From positions 3,348,001 through 3,412,000 of the forward strand of contig CM038999.1 of assembly GCA_017499595.2 (NCBI GenBank): a stretch of 64,000 nt of DNA, written 5' to 3'. Below, in pieces: positions 62,432 to 64,000 of the stretch. Below the pieces are notes generated by a model. The model did not search any database, was not told the DNA's origin, and saw nothing but the letters and a program-made list of their open reading frames with translations. How positions within the stretch are numbered: position 1 is the stretch's first letter; each line of letters begins with the position of its first letter. Source of the DNA: Psilocybe cubensis (Eukaryota). The position numbers were made by a program, and so were the translations under genes.

Positions 62432-62714
62432 ATGGCCAATTTTCCTGTACCAGTGGGAGGCATAGTATACCCATCGGACTTTGTGCCTTCGCTTGTTTTC
62501 ATTGCACTTTATGCCTTTTTGCTCCCTCTTATGTTATACCGAATGCTTAACAGGAGGTCTCGGACAATACTGCTGATAGCAGCGTCTTTCAGCTGCGTGG
62601 AGCGGTAGGAGATGTCTTGACCTAACAGCTAGAAAATAACTGACACTCTGTAATGATCCAGAATGGCCGTATTCGTCATACGGGCAATACAGTCGCGCAA
62701 TGAGGCGCAACGTT
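62432..62714 (+). pseudogene. 5' part of a multi-pass membrane protein gene, apparently interrupted
   Basis: MANFPVPVGG..DFVPSLVFIALY..SCVER, an intron, then MAVFVIRAIQSRNEAQR, followed by an abrupt switch to AT-rich non-coding sequence. Confidence 0.6.
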
Positions 62715-64000
62715 CACATAAGACAGTTTATTTATAACGTACATTACCTAAGATTTAATAATAAGGATATTACGTGAGACACGGTGGATTTACTCCCGCT
62801 ACCTAATTAGGAGATTAGCGTGATGTACGTGTGATTTATCCTGGCAAATCATAGCGTACATGACGTGCCATTTAGCACTAAATGGAGCCGCCGGGTGGCA
62901 TGCGGGATCCGCGTGTCGGGCTGCACGGGAAAAACACGGGCCGCAAATGAACCGGACGGGTCCATCTACATCCCGTGTATTGCAAGCAGACGGATCCGTT
63001 TTGACCCGTGTTGTGCTGAGACGGGTCCATTCATCCACCCGCTTCTGTATTCCGACAAATATCCGCCTTGAAGAATCATACATCGGATGACCGTTAATAT
63101 ATGTAATAAGGTGTATAGATTATACTGGCAGCACATTCCTTTCCACATACCCTGATAGCATGGATTATGCCTTTGAGCTAACCCAATCCCTCTCAAACTA
63201 CATGAAGGCACAAATAGCTAGTCGTCTTTGGCATGCAGAACTGCCTAATCAAATCCGGGAAAACTTCAGTGCTGAGACCATGTTTGAGTGCAATCTAGCT
63301 GTGGAGGTGATTTTGCAGGCATTTGAAAATCAAGGTATGCAATCAATAAGCTTTGAAAATTGAGATTAAATAATGTGTGAATGGCAGAATATACGACGTG
63401 GGATGCAGAAGAATATTTGACTCATCTCAGTGCACGTTGCACGGGTCAGAATTTTACCGTTGAGGCTCGCCTGAAAGACAAGTTTTCTCCAGTGCATTCC
63501 GCGTTACAGTACCAAACCCTGCCCGGAACTGTGGTCGATAGTGCAGGCAACATATTGGTGTAGTACCTGCCAGGTATTTTGTCAGAGACAAGGGTGGTGA
63601 GTTTTAGAAACAGACCAATTAATTCATATATTATGCTTTCTAAAGAGTAACAGGAGAGTGTGTGGAATTCATTACGGGATATTGAAACAATGATTCACAA
63701 GGCGGTACCTTTGGCCACAAGCTGGAGGGTCAATGACAGTTACTTTCAACATGAGCCAGGTTGGGTTCAACCTGGAAATATTAACTTCTCCCCGGCATGG
63801 TTTCAGCAAGGCCATGAGGTGAGAAACTTGTATGCTAATTATTATACTGCCTCATATTTTCCTCAGACGTCCAACCCGCTTGAGGTCTCCTTGGACTTGT
63901 GTAATCCAATTGGACAGGAGTTTATACGAGACACGACGACATCTTCGGCTTTGCTGGGAGCCATCTTGAGCATTATACATCCCGAGCAGTACCGGGCGGG
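62715..64000 (+). mobile_element. Putative DNA transposon end with cargo gene (runs off window)
   Basis: Junction inside a gene, CAC start, clustered palindromes and ACGGG/CCCGT repeats at 62860-63040, and a TET/JBP-like gene inside. The other end is not visible. Confidence 0.45.
63160..64000 (+). pseudogene. TET/JBP-like 2OG-Fe(II) dioxygenase (N-terminal part), with premature stop
   Basis: Spliced product PGTVVDSAGNILV*YLPGIL, SWR...F...PGNINFSPAWFQQGHE and LLGAILSIIHPEQYRAG resembles basidiomycete TET/JBP proteins. TAG at 63561 sits where W is expected. The HxD motif would lie beyond the window. Confidence 0.62.

Overview
Intron-rich fungal DNA. The gene families point to an Agaricomycete (mushroom-forming basidiomycete); there are no prokaryotic features. 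The left 37 kb and the right end form a fast-evolving accessory region with eight copies or remnants of fungal-specific FunK1-type protein kinases, three type-B carboxylesterases, two CYP5150-like P450s (one pseudogene) and three intron-containing tRNA-Glu(CTC) genes. A central block (37-52 kb) holds ordinary genes: a J-domain protein, a peroxisomal crotonase, an Sld7-C-like protein, a BTB protein and three members of a small secreted-protein family (a fourth lies at 1.1 kb). It is followed by an intact, very young Ty3/Gypsy chromovirus with identical 299-bp LTRs and an ATCGC target-site duplication (TSD). The window ends in a putative DNA transposon that interrupts a membrane-protein gene and carries a TET/JBP-like dioxygenase. 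Four observations stand out. (1) Two convergent FunK1 genes share a near-identical ~2.1-kb inverted repeat (promoter plus 5' half) around ~19.5 kb but have diverged catalytic 3' halves, and one copy has lost its first ATG; this geometry could act as an invertible kinase switch. (2) Five kinase promoters carry a spaced CGTGRGAA (CSL consensus) plus CACGTG (E-box) module. (3) A tRNA-Glu/kinase unit with conserved spacing occurs twice. (4) A 48-bp element with terminal inverted repeats (TIRs) has its empty site visible in the paralog. All alignments and gene models were made by eye, so exon boundaries and identities are approximate.
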